Origin: Rhizodiscina lignyota
Lineage: Eukaryota
Direction: 5' to 3'
DNA length: 64,000 bases
Assembly: GCA_010015805.1 (NCBI GenBank)
Contig: ML978127.1
Coordinates: 1,488,001-1,552,000 of the forward strand
The translations under genes were made by a program, and so were the position numbers. Below the pieces are notes generated by a model that had not been told where the DNA came from, did no database searches, and saw only the letters and a list, made by a program, of their open reading frames with translations. Of the stretch, positions 1 to 11,746 are shown piece after piece. The stretch's first letter is position 1. Every line of letters starts with the position of its first letter.

Positions 1-1
1 C

Positions 2-217
2 AGTGCAATAGAAGGCGCAGAGACTTTAAAGAGACTTGTGATCAAGGGCCACGAAAACAATCTAGAGGTTATGCCCGGTGGCGGAGTACGGTCATCGAAC
101 ATTTCTCAACTCAGAGAGAGGACGGATGCGACATGGTTCCATTCTGCAGCCATTCTCGAGGGTGGACTGCCGAGTTCTGACGAGATTAAAACGATGCTAT
201 CATCCTTTCTAACATGA
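2..217 (+). CDS. cutC: Copper homeostasis protein CutC, C-terminal part (runs off the left edge)
   Basis: Frame 2 translates as SAIEGAETLKRLV...EVMPGGGVRSSNI...WFHSAA...FLT*. MPGGGVR and FHS(S/A) are CutC C-terminal motifs. Confidence 0.8.
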   Translation, partial: SAIEGAETLKRLVIKGHENNLEVMPGGGVRSSNISQLRERTDATWFHSAAILEGGLPSSDEIKTMLSSFLT

Positions 218-582
218 CAAGAATTTGTGCTGAGGAATTCGAGATCTGGAAAAGAAAAACTTGGTCAGCGAATCATATTCCCCCTCTCAATGGGATGAGA
301 GTTGGATTGTGTTTCTCCTATCGCTGTGTGGATAGTGGTCTGGTAAGCTTGATTAGTGCAGCTGTGCTTGTTTGCCAGACGATTCCGAGAACACGGTAGA
401 GACTACAGTGACATCAGGAAAAGCGTCACTACGAATATTTGAGAGACCAGAAGCCGTGAGCGTGACTGCGTGGGAGAGAATTGCGAGTCTGGAGTTGGTG
501 CGGAAGTAATAGAAGCAGATTCTAGGTAAGAGCGTTACAGGCGCAATGATTTTGTTTCTTCTACTTTCATTTCTACATACTA

Positions 583-1930
583 TTAGTGTAGAAGCATTTC
601 TGCCAGATTATCCCAAAAACCTAAATCATAGACATTCTCCACACTGGCTAGCCTCCACACTCTACGCCATGAACTTGCGTCCACTATCCGCTCCATCTCC
701 TTCGGCAGCGTCCGCGGCATCTGGCCATCAGACGTCTGCACAACGCATTGTCGCGGCCGCGTTGGCCAATAACATTCCCATTCGCGGCTTTTTGGAACAC
801 CAACGTCTTGCCCCGCTTCCGGCGTTTTCAAGTCCGCAAGCCATACTACGCCATCTGCCATGTCTTCTCGCCAGTCCGACCACTTGCTGTTCTCGTTCGT
901 TGTAGTTCCCGCCCAGATGAGATACACATGGTAAGCTAGTAATCCGAACGGAAGAGCTGATGTGAAAGTGGCGAGGAGGCCGACGCCGGCGACAGAAAGG
1001 CCGCCAATGTTGATTGCGATTTGGATATCGCGCATCGTGAACCAGAACCACGCCACTATCGGCGCAGTGATGCGCTGCCACGTCGAGGATACAACGATTT
1101 TGGACTCTTGAGATTCCGGATATACAGCGGCTCTGTACACTCGCACTTGTGGTGCGAGGACAATATATGCCAGATATGCGCCGTAAGCCACGAGGATGGA
1201 AGTCGAAAGAAGCAGTGCAAGGAACCATCGTAAGTTTCCGCGGCCGACGCAATTGTTGACCCAGACGCAATGGTGGTCGGAGCGGGAGATGCAGCTTTTG
1301 CAGATGGAGCAGTGCTTGCTTCGGGCAGGTTTCTGGAAGTGGCAGGTTCGGCATCCAGCACCTGGATGATAGAGTGTGTAGTCGTATGGGTAATAAGACA
1401 TTTGACGGCTGTGATTTGAAGAAGTGATGTACAGCTCTGGATTACATTTCACGCTGGCGCAAAGGTAGGTGAAGAGGTAAGGAAGTGGTAGCAGGATGGC
1501 TATTAGCATGTGGTGGAACCCCGATAGTTGGAACCAGATTTGGTATAACATCATGACGGCGCTGCCAGATATAAGTCCGAGGAAGAAGATCTGTCAATTG
1601 TGAGCAATACCAAAGCAATAGGACCAAGTGAGGCGCACCATGACAATAGGATGCTTCTCATATAAGAGGTAATGCCCTGTGCGTGACAGGGACGAAACCA
1701 ATCGGCCACCTGTGACCGTCTGGTCTATTCGGCCAAGGAGTCTTGGAATATGGATCCATAATACGCGGTGAAGAAACCCAATCGGGGTGTTTCTAAAGAA
1801 AATGAGCAATGAATTGCCTCTTTTGAAGATATCCAACTGACCGTAGACCTGGAAGTCGACCAAAGAAAGCGACAAAAGTCATGAATGAAACGGAGAGGAC
1901 GAAAAGAGCGATGTTGCGGAGACTCGCCAT
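583..1930 (-). CDS. SWF1: DHHC palmitoyltransferase Swf1 (spliced)
   Basis: N-terminal exon [78 protein letters not shown] motif; [11 protein letters not shown] near the C-terminus. Confidence 0.9.
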
Positions 1931-2189
1931 GATGGGAGTGTGAAGTGATACGGAAGCAGAACACTCTAATACATCTCCCAAAATGGTAATGAAGGACTTG
2001 CAAGCCACTGAAAACAATTTTGGTTGAATTGGAGGAATACAAGCTGCACTCGGCGTGTTCGAGGTCGCGTGAGCGAAGGCCGCAACCCCGCCAACTGTTC
2101 AATAGGCACTGTCGCGTCTCACTTTGGACGCGTCGAGTACTTCTTCCCTTCTCTTCTTCACTCACATCTCCACCACCAACGCTTTTACG

Positions 2190-4409
2190 ATGGCGCAAGT
2201 TGTATACACACGCGCCGACGGCAATTCCGAAATCAGAGGTGATCTTTTCAGCGGCTTCAAATTCTTCATCGCGCAGCGATGCCCATCCCGCTCCACATAC
2301 GTCGAAAAAGTCACGGTCAATGGCGGGGAGCTTGTGAAACTCGAGAAGCACGCCGACATCCTCATCGCAGATCATGCGAAATTCTTTGATGCTCCTCCTG
2401 GATCTATATCCTACAAATTCATCGATGAATCAATTCGACAAGGAACGCTCGCAGATGTCGAAGCCGACGAATTCAGAGTCGGCCCAGCGAAGGGCTCATC
2501 GCGCCCTGCCGGTTCCGCGAGGCCTGCAAAGACGGGCAGGACACCATTCACAGCTGAGGATGATAGGGTATTGTGGAATTGGATAAAAGATTACGAGCGC
2601 AAAGGCGGCTCTCTACTTGGGAATGAGATCTACAAGCAGCTTGACGCAGTTGTAAGCTCGCTCTTCTCCGCGCCAAGAAACGTTAATAACTGATAGACGC
2701 GTGCCCAGAATACACGTCACACATGGCAGTCTTGGAGAGATCGATATGTCAAGACACTGCGATACAAACCACCAACTAGCGCGCCTGCGCCTGTCCCAAG
2801 TAATGCCCCACCGACACCACCAATCGACCAGAACCCCACGCACATTTCAGTCGAAGAAGCTGAGAGCAACAGAGATGGCGACGGCGACGAGGATGAAGAG
2901 GAGGACAGTGTAAATGATGCTGCGAAGGAGGACGAGCAGGATGAAGTGATATCCATATGTGAATACAGAGCGCAAGACTTCAACGACTTAATTGGTAACG
3001 GCGGAGATATCCTGACTACGGATCCCAAGTTTGAGCAACAGGCATGGGATGCATGGTCCAATTTGGCGCCAGAACACAGTGCCAGTCAGTGGAAAGCATT
3101 CTGGACGCAAATCGTTCTCCCAATCTATAATGAGGTCGGAGAGGAGAGTAGACGTTCAAAGATTTACAAGAAGCTGTGGAAACCGTGGGTAGATGCGAAT
3201 GGTTGGGACGCAGAGGCAGCCGCATGGCTCAGGTACTACGAAGAGAACGTCCGACCACTGTTTCACGAAGAAGATAGGGATCTGGGAAGAACACCAGAAA
3301 AACAACAAAGCGACGAAGTCTTCAAACAATTTTCTCAAAGCGGGCCTGACAGCGGCGCTCGCGAAGTTGATACAGATACTCCGGCTTCCTCGCCACCAGA
3401 ACGACAACTTGGCACCAGGATGGATGGAACAGCCGATGCATCATCTCGGCCGCAAAGCCGCAACGAACTTAAGAGATCCCGCGACGATTTCGAGGAGGGT
3501 GATAAGGGGACTAGCGCTACCAGTAAGAAGGTCAAAACACAGATTGACCCGATCAACGAGTTCATCATATCTGATGATGCTGAAGAAGAGGAGGATGACG
3601 AAAATGAAGATAGCAACGACGAGGATCAAAATCCTCAACACGCCCAAGAAGATCTGCCCCCTTCCTCACCTCCCGCAGCTGCAGCTAAGCCTACACCTCG
3701 CACTTCGGGAGGGAATGCATTCGACACACAAGCCATCGTCGATGCAGACACTCAGTTCATTGACTTTGACATTCCTTCACCTGAAGGTGGCTTCGGCGAC
3801 GAAGATGATGGAGATGGCGTGCATTATCCTGAGCTCCCATCATCGCAAGGCGACCCTCTAGGTCGCGAGATGGCTACGCAACAAGCAATTGCGATCGCAG
3901 CGCAACAGCAATTAGATGAGGACGTCCTCGATCCACAGCTCGTCGGCAGAGACTCAAACCATCAGCAAGAAAGTGCACAGACATATTACGAAACCGCACC
4001 CGAGACACAATCGAAAAACCTCCCCGCCCCATCAAGCAGCCGTCATGCACCATCAAGTAGCTACAACTCGCCTACCCCCCATCGCGCCGGAACAATGAGT
4101 CTTGAGCGGCGCGTTGCAGTGCTCAAGATCCGCCAGCTCTTCGGTATGGGCCACTCCCAAAAGCACGTGTTGTGTGCAGTGAAACGGACGTCTGCCGATC
4201 CGAGGTTGTTCTACAAAGTTCTCGGCGCGCTGGAGGCAGGCTTGGGCGTGCCGGACGACATCACTGGCGTATGGACTGAGGAGGACGATGCCGCTATTGA
4301 GGGCGGAGATGCTCGCGGAGTGCAGAGGATGGAGCGGAAGCATGGCTGGGACGGGCTCAATGGCGTGGAAGGTAGACTGGAGTTCTTGAGAGAGTGGAGG
4401 GAGCCTTGA
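2190..4409 (+). CDS. RAP1: Telomere-associated protein Rap1 (BRCT, Myb, RCT); one intron ~2652-2697
   Basis: N-terminal BRCT-like LFSGFKFFIAQRCPSR...ISYKFIDESI; Myb GRTPFTAEDDRVLWNW...GNEIYKQL|..PRHTWQSWRDRY; C-terminal RCT-like PDDITGVWTEEDD...KHGW...RLEFL. Confidence 0.85.
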
Positions 4410-5113
4410 TTTTGAACGGCATGTATTGCTCAGGGTATCTGGGCGCTTCGTGGGCGAGGTACACACATTAATGCATTGCACATAGCGCGGCGCCTTGAGG
4501 TCTTGCGGATCTTGCTAGAATGAGATTATATCTCTGCTGAACAACAGACAGCTTCATGAATTACAGTGGCTACATAATCTGTTCTTTGAGTAAGGAAATC
4601 TGTGAATGCTAGAAGCCGAAGTCATCTAGTCCTGGAAGCCGCGTGAAATGGCCTCTCTCAAGGCTGCATCTGCACCTAGATGCCAGTTCAAATGGACGGA
4701 AGGCCAGCTCAAGCCTTGTGACTGTATACGTTGAAAGCTACAGAGCTGGAATTGCGTACTTTGAATTTGAGGCATACCTTGTATAGTGAAGGCAAGCTAG
4801 AATGGTATCACGACCTTCGGCCGAAAAGGTTGGAGAGTCCTGGAGCTACCACAATACCCATGATCAAGGTGACAACTTAGCTGGCACGGGCGAACGTTGA
4901 AACAGTGGAGAACAGATGAGCTTTGCTCGTCACCTTAAACGAGAGCATCACCAAAAGCCTACTACGATATACACTTAACGCCATGTTCCGTACGGCTACA
5001 CTTAAGTGGATAACAATGTCTTTATTTCAGCGGCCGCACACGTTTGCGGCTCGACGTATTGTAGCAACCGTTCGTTGAGCGATGATGCTCCCTCATCACA
5101 AGCACCTTGCCCC

Positions 5114-6724
5114 TCAGATGTGCAAATTATTCATTTGCGCGGTGATCTCCCACGCCTCGTCCTCGTCGATATCCATCTTATCCCACTGTTCTTCCTCCAC
5201 CTCCGAACCCTTCATCAGACCACCGTAGTCATCTCCCTCTCGAAGCAGCTGGTTCGCAAACGGTGATCTCGCTTTGGCGGAGGCCCTCTTCGGTTTGCCA
5301 CAGAGAGTCTCGCAAATGAACTCCACGCCCCTGGAGGCAAATATTGCTCGAAAGTCGTCTTCTGCCTTGCCTGTCCACTGGATCGAAGGGTATTCGATCC
5401 CCAGATATTCGTAGCTCATGGCGCAGATACGCACGACCTTGTGCACTGTAATGCGCTTGAGGTTGTGTAAATTTGCTGCACGCCCCCAGGCCAAGTGGCA
5501 AAGAAGGTCGTTGAATCTCTGTAAGCATGTTTCGGATAGCTGTTCCTTCGTAAAGTTGCCATAAAATCGTATTGTTTCGAGGGTGGCGGGCAGGGGAACC
5601 CTGATTGGAGTGATGACGCCCGAGATCAAGATGATCCAGCCTTGATCGTGGTCGAAGATTGCAGTTGGTAGCGTTAGGTGGCGCAAACTTGACGTACTCA
5701 AGTCGAAGAAGAGTCGAGGCTGGGACAGACACGCGCTTGAGATTCGCAAGTGAAGCTCTTGGACATGACCGTGAAGCGCTGCAAGTAATTCTTCGATTCG
5801 GGACTCTATCTGCTCTGGCGGTAGTCGAGCCAGAAACCGCTTGTCAAACCTCAAATTCCACGTAATCAATCGAAGGTCTGGTGATCTGCTGAGGAATTCG
5901 TCTAGGAATTCTTCACATAAGAAGCTTTAATTCAACGTAAGAGTCGAAATGGAGAACTTGCGAGATGGCACAGACCGCGCATACTGATCAAAAACATTGT
6001 TCAGTTCCAGTTCCCGGAGGTTCTGCGATTGCAGGAGGTCAAGGAGGTAGATTTTGGTCTTCAATAAGTGAGACAGCCTGGACATGTGGAAGCCATCTTC
6101 TGAGGTGATGGAAAGCTTTGAGAGATGTGGTAAGTTGCTCAGGACCCGACCAAGTGATCCGGTATGCTGGGTGCAGTTCAGGTTATGGAATGGCGGTATG
6201 CCTAATCTGCTCCATTCACGTCCTTGACGCGTGCTGTACAGAAGCTCAAGAGACCGAAGATTTGACATACGCTCTAGTATGAGACAGGGAACAAGGTCCG
6301 AAATTAGCATCGGCCTGTAGGGAGTTGTGATGAGAAATGCGCTGTGTGCAGTAATGGCCTTCCTCACGACTTCGGTGAATTCAGGCGTCCATTGAGACCA
6401 CACTAAATCCTCCAAGACTGCGTCAAGAAATGAAATCTTGGTGGTACGCTGAGCAAGATCTGGTCGTCGTTCGACCATGGTCAACAGAGCCGCAGCTCCT
6501 CGTGATTCCCACCCCCTGACGTTGATGACTTGGAAGAGCAGTGGGTGAGCGATCCGATAGCAAGCTTGAGAAACTTGTATCAGGTGGTAAAGATCTTCCT
6601 GGACGTGGCCATCGCCCCGATTCGCAACGTCTTTGATAATCTGTTCGAGTATCTCTTCTGGTAGTTCGTAGGATGGAGGGCGGTGCACCAGTCTGAAGAG
6701 TTTCGAAGGGATGAGGAGTTGCAT
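5114..6724 (-). pseudogene. F-box-like protein gene with one in-frame TAA at 5927-5929
   Basis: LPEEILEQII...LIQVSQACYRIAHPLLF resembles an F-box. ORFs 5927-6862 and 5114-5869 share a frame and are joined by TLTLN*SFLCEEFLDEFLSRSPDLRL. Confidence 0.6.
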
Positions 6725-7013
6725 GCTCGCGAAGGACGGCTGTTGAATTTTCAGAGCGGTTGAGTTTTGGGTTCCGTTGACGTTGTAGAGAGTAGAGGCC
6801 CGTTCAAATTTGGTAGGAGGTAAGAAAGCGTGTCTGTGGGGAAGAAAATCTGAAAGAAGCATGTATGCAAAACGAATTGTAGGTGTTCGTAGCTTGCGTA
6901 GGTTTCGTAGGTGTTCGTAAATGTTGTGGGGTTATATGTTCAAAAGCCGGGTGTCAACATTAGGCGATTAAATAAATAAGGAAGGTGACTATATAATTAA
7001 TATCAGATTTAGA

Positions 7014-7187
7014 TCTCTCACCAATCGGCCACTGCACAATGGCCGAGGTGGTAGTCTAAGTAAGAGTTTTAACCCGAAAAGAACATCTACACGTTAACCG
7101 TTTACAGTGCATTTGACCCCCTGCTAACCCATAGGTCGACATCCGGATATCCTGAGTTCAGATCCCAGAGGGGACATCTTTTTTTTT
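7014..7187 (+). ncRNA. Candidate small structured RNA containing a spliceosomal-type intron (identity unknown)
   Basis: TATATAA at 6990; hairpin CACC..TCGGCCA/TGGCCGA-GGTG (7019-7050); GTAAGA...GCTAAC..TAG intron signals (7060-7134); GTTCAGATCC at 7156; ACA then a T10 run at 7178. Confidence 0.3.
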
Positions 7188-7735
7188 CCTTTTCTTTTTT
7201 TTCTTTATGTGCAAAACGAAGAAATGAGGGCAGTGAAATACATGAGTTCGCGGTACGAAATAGTTACGTTTAATCCGACCAATTCTCGTACGGTGGTTTA
7301 AAATTTTGCACACAGCCGTCATGGCCATTGGGAATTGCAGTGGCAGCAACAAAACTTCAACAACATACCTGCAGCATAAACACAAAGCAAAAGAGACGCT
7401 CATTATAAACTTCCTTTTCTTCTCCAAAGCATGACCCCTCTTTTAATACGTCCACATCGACGTAAGACAGCTTCGGTCTATGCCTCGATATCAAATATAA
7501 TCGTGTGTACAATTCCGCGTCGCCGGAGTCGTCAAATCTGCAAGACAGAGCACGCCTTATCCTTTCGTTTTATGCTCTGTCTGTGATCGCACAGAACGAT
7601 AATCGCTTACGCTCAGTGGTCGAAATGGAGAAATTTCGAATCCGTCTAATGTCTCCACAGTTGTGTCCATACTTCTGACATCAAGATCTTTTCCATGAAA
7701 CATATCGATGTGATCACCAACTTCTCTCCAATGCT

Positions 7736-8045
7736 TCAAGTTTCTTTTGCCTTACTGCCCACAAGTTCTTCCCAAGCAATTCCCCATCTTCGCTTCAATA
7801 CTTTCGCCGTCTGCGTCGTCGTGCGGCCTTTCTCCTTCTCTTCGCGATGAATGCGGTTTGCGGCAGCTAGGACTCCAACTGAAGCAGCGAATATAGGATC
7901 GACAACCCTGGAAGATTCTCGTTAAATGCTGAATTCAATGCGATCGTGCAAGTAGATACTTGCTATTTGGGTAGCCGGAATGCACTCGGAAGAAGGGAGA
8001 GGCATTAGCTTACTTTGAAATAATGTACGCAGGCGCTGCTGACAT
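7736..8045 (-). CDS. NCE101: Non-classical export protein 1 (NCE101 family), 67 aa, 2 exons (8045-8014, 7907-7736)
   Basis: Spliced translation MSAAPAYIISKVVDPIFAASVGVLAAANRIHREEKEKGRTTTQTAKVLKRRWGIAWEELVGSKAKET*. Y-I-I-S-x-x-x-D-P-I-F-A is typical of NCE101. The intron is GTAAGC...CAG. Confidence 0.75.
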
Positions 8046-8606
8046 CGTTGGAGTAACTCAACTAAGGACGAACGGGTGTATATCGAGGGTGTCGAAGGAA
8101 TTAAACAGTATATTGCATTGCATCGAGATGGGACGAGGTTCACTGGAGCTCTCGCGCTTTGCCAAAAGTGGTAAGGAAAGTGGGACCGCTCCATCGAATC
8201 AACTTGAGGCTTCGGTCACATCACGGAAACAAGGAGTTTAGAGATGCTGGGAAAGCTGGGCTGGTTGTGAATGATGCCTTATGAAGCGATCAGAAGTGTG
8301 CTTTATGTTATGTTTGCACATGTATTTAAAATCGTGCCGTGCGAACCTTTTCACACTTCCGTCATCTAATAGGGAGTCGCTACTGGAATTAGCGCTAGCT
8401 ATGAAACGTCGTTGAAGACTCGCAAGATTCAAAATAAAGCTCGCCGATCAAGTGATCAATGTAGTTGGTGGTAGAGAGCACCCAGTTCAACTGCTCGTGG
8501 ACAAAACCTTCTTATCTAACAGCAAAGCGTGCAAGAAGATGCGAAAAGATGAAGTGAATTTTCCTCCAAATAGCAAAAGTAGATGGCGAAGCAAAATCCG
8601 AAGCCT

Positions 8607-10719
8607 TCAGTTGGTCAAAATGCCACGCACATACTCGATGTCATTCCAATCTGCCTGCCAGATATTTAGCACAGCGAGTCTCCACTCATGATCCTCCCTC
8701 TTCATCCGTGCAATGCACCTGCACAACTTCTCCTCCCCATGCATATCAAGGAATACCTTCGAGTCCTCATCCCAGAGGTCTGATCCCTTCCAAATGTCGT
8801 AAGTGCCTTTGATGCTTGGACCGCGGCGCGCCCAGATGTCTGCGAACATGAAATGCTGCTTCGAGGTATGTGCCTCTCGGTAGGAGGAAATAACGCGGGC
8901 GTACAGCTCAAGAATGACACTGTTCCCTTCTCGAATAGCTTGAGCGCCGACATTGAGAGCCTCACCGACCCGAAAGCATACGCGGAGAAGTGTACTTGGA
9001 GTCACTCCAACGATAGGAGACCTGTCTCGGATCGGCTTTGGCAAAGGAGCCCTCACAATAGGCTTGATGGGGTGATTAATGGTGTCATTCACTGATGGAG
9101 TCAACTCGCTAATATTGGTCTGTGACGAACCTTTCCGTTCTGTTAATTGAATCCGAGCGGCTGTCTCATGGTCCTTCGGTTCAAGGTGCGAGTTGATGCT
9201 AGCATCTGCGTCAATGATATCAAGAAGAACGGTTTCGTCTAAGTCAGAAAGCTCGACCCAATCATCTTCGTACAGCACATCGTCTGAAGGTCTTTCGCAA
9301 GCACCTTGAAGTAGTGATGACGGATTAGAGTCCGACTGCAGCGGTGCTGGAAGTCCTGCTACTGCATGACCGTTGACTCGCGGGGTAGCATTGTTCTCCA
9401 AGCGAGTTCCAGAACATCCCGAAGGCCCACTTGGCAATAAATCGAGGAAGTCAGTATCAGATAGATCGTCATCGCACAGGTCGAACACATCTTCGGCGCT
9501 TCCGCACCTGTCAACCCTTCCACTCTGAGAGATGTCGCTCGCCTGATGCTTGCGCTGCAGCTCGCTGTGAGTAGCATCCTTGACCCTACTCTCCTGACGC
9601 GGATAAGCATTAGTTGAATGAGCATCTTCATCAGAAACTTCATGGATTGTATCAAGATGCGGGCTTTGAGCGAGAGAAGACGTTCTGCGGTGACCAGCTG
9701 GCTTGCAATCTTCCAGGACTTCATGACCCATACGATCAGTTTGTGATTGCTTTCTTCTTGTGCTGGGCCGGCTCGTCGTGCTCGACTTCTTGGAGCGACC
9801 TTTCAGAATGATCTCTTGCTTCGGCGTGCCCATTGACAATGGTGAAGATATCAGTGGAAAGGTAAGACTGTCCATCGTTTGTGGAGCCCCATTGTAGAGC
9901 GTGTAGCCGAAACCATCACTACGCTTCAAACTGCCAACGGCAGTTGAAGGGGCAAGAACTTGGATGCGATCATCGACAGCTTCATTTGTCCTGCCGATTG
10001 AGTCGCTCCTTGTTTCGTTCGACTGATCCCCATTGTATCTGAAGCTGCGCAATTTGTTTGCTGTGGACTCGGAGAGCTTAAATGATGGTTCGGAGAATCC
10101 ACTGTCAGTAGCAATTGAAGCAGTTGTTGGCACTAACTTGCCATCATGACCAGAATCTGGGCTGACACGGGAAGCAGTTGGTTTGACGATGGGCAGTCCA
10201 TCGGATATCGACGACGCTTTCTTGCTGTTTCTTGTTTTATTCTGGCGGGTCCCAGCCTTTCGACTAGACCGTGAATTCTTTGGGGCTCCATTTGTTGTCA
10301 AATTGGGATCATCGAAATGACGGTCTGATTCATGGAAAACAGTCTCAAGTCTTGATGATTGGTCGGGTACGTTGACGTCGAGCATCAAGTACTCGGCAAC
10401 CAATTGATTTCGATGCGGAGAGCCATGGCCTTGGGCCGGCCCGAGAGACCCTGACTTGTCAAGGTTCACGTGGGAAGCGGTGTCGTTGGGTGCTTGAGCT
10501 CCGCTAGAGAGCGGGGAGTAAGAGAAAGCATTGATCGGGGTAAATGCTGAGCCAGTCGGCGCGACGCATGGCTCACTGCTCCGACTGCATGAAGCTGCGC
10601 ATTAGCTACACCTCAAAAGTACCTCATGTGCAGCTGCAGGATTTCGGAACAGAGGGTAGACACCTTCTCTTGGGGTCCGATTCCTCTAGTTCTCCGTCGG
10701 CGCTGCGCTTCGTCCGCAT
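8607..10719 (-). CDS. Uncharacterised fungal protein: long disordered N-terminus and compact C-terminal domain; start uncertain
   Basis: 620-aa ORF that stays open upstream to ~10595. C-terminal block PIVRAPLPKPIRDRSPIVG...LRVCFRVGEALN...LELYARVISS...LCRCIARMKR...WQADWNDIEYVRGI. Putative first exon MRTKRSADGELEESDPKRR at 10719. Confidence 0.7.
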
Positions 10720-11746
10720 CCCCTCAACGTTCAAGCCGACGTTCCAGCTGTGGTATCGCGACATGGCGTAGCGCACGTGTTGCAGATTCCAAAGCTCCTT
10801 TTCGCGGATGTACCTATGTACTCCGACGCGACGCGTACCACCGGCGATAGGAAGCCGCACGCGATTAATTTGTTATTCTGCAGTCTGCACGTGAGATATG
10901 CACCAGTGAGCATTGGACTGAACGGCTTTTCTCGCTACGCGTCCAATACGAGCATGAGGTAGGAAAAATCGCAAATGGGAGGTTTTTGGTCGCAATGTGG
11001 TCCATGGCACAGACGGGGCGTGACGGTGATCGGTGGCGGCAGCCTCCGGGCGTCCTTGGCGAAATCGCTTGAGCTCCCGACCTCAAGAGTTCCACATTTC
11101 ATGCGCCAACCGAGAACTGTCCAATATTCGCCCTCAAGCCTTTCTACAGCTCTATTTTGGGCAGTTCGAGTCCGCTGCTTCCAATTCTCCACCTCTCCTT
11201 TTGCGTTGTGTACACTGAGCTGCTTGCGTCGGCCGCCTTCGGCTCCCCGCTGCTCTCGATATTGGCGAAACAACCGCCAGTATCAAGGTCATCTGGTATC
11301 TCGCGGGGCATCAAGCGAGGTGTGGGGACTATTTCAACGTGTTTCCTGCTTTGGCGCAGAAACACGATCGGCAGCAGGGCGTTTTGCAAGACGTAAGAGG
11401 TCAGAGTCGAGCCTGTCACTGCCCGTTCCCTGGGTCTGCTTAGGTGCTTTTTGGCTCTGCAAGTCTGGGGTAGAACATGGTTCGTGCTTTGTCTTTCATT
11501 GATCCTTCTCCGTTGTGGCTCTCAGATCTAACGCAATGCGTCCTGGAAAAGCTAGTTAGCTGAGTCCGGCCCGCGTCGAGATCCCTCGAGATCCCGTGCT
11601 GTCAGTGCGGTGGTTGCCAATTGCCGTCAAAGCTTACACTGGTTTGCTCGTCTCGATCATTCGGCGCTCATCGCGACTGTCCCAAAAGTAGAATTCAATT
11701 TTGACGCCCGTCAAGGCTCACGCGCGAGCATTTACAGGGCTTAAAC

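Noticed and set aside
6879..6920. Short CGTAGGTGTT-like tandem units
   Set aside because: About four degenerate 9-10-bp copies with no spacers; not telomeric and not CRISPR-like.
7014..7175. Canonical tRNA gene (A-box-like TGGCCGAGGTGG, T-loop-like GTTCAGATCC)
   Set aside because: No consistent cloverleaf: the anticodon stem does not pair and the spacing is wrong. Kept only as an unidentified ncRNA candidate.
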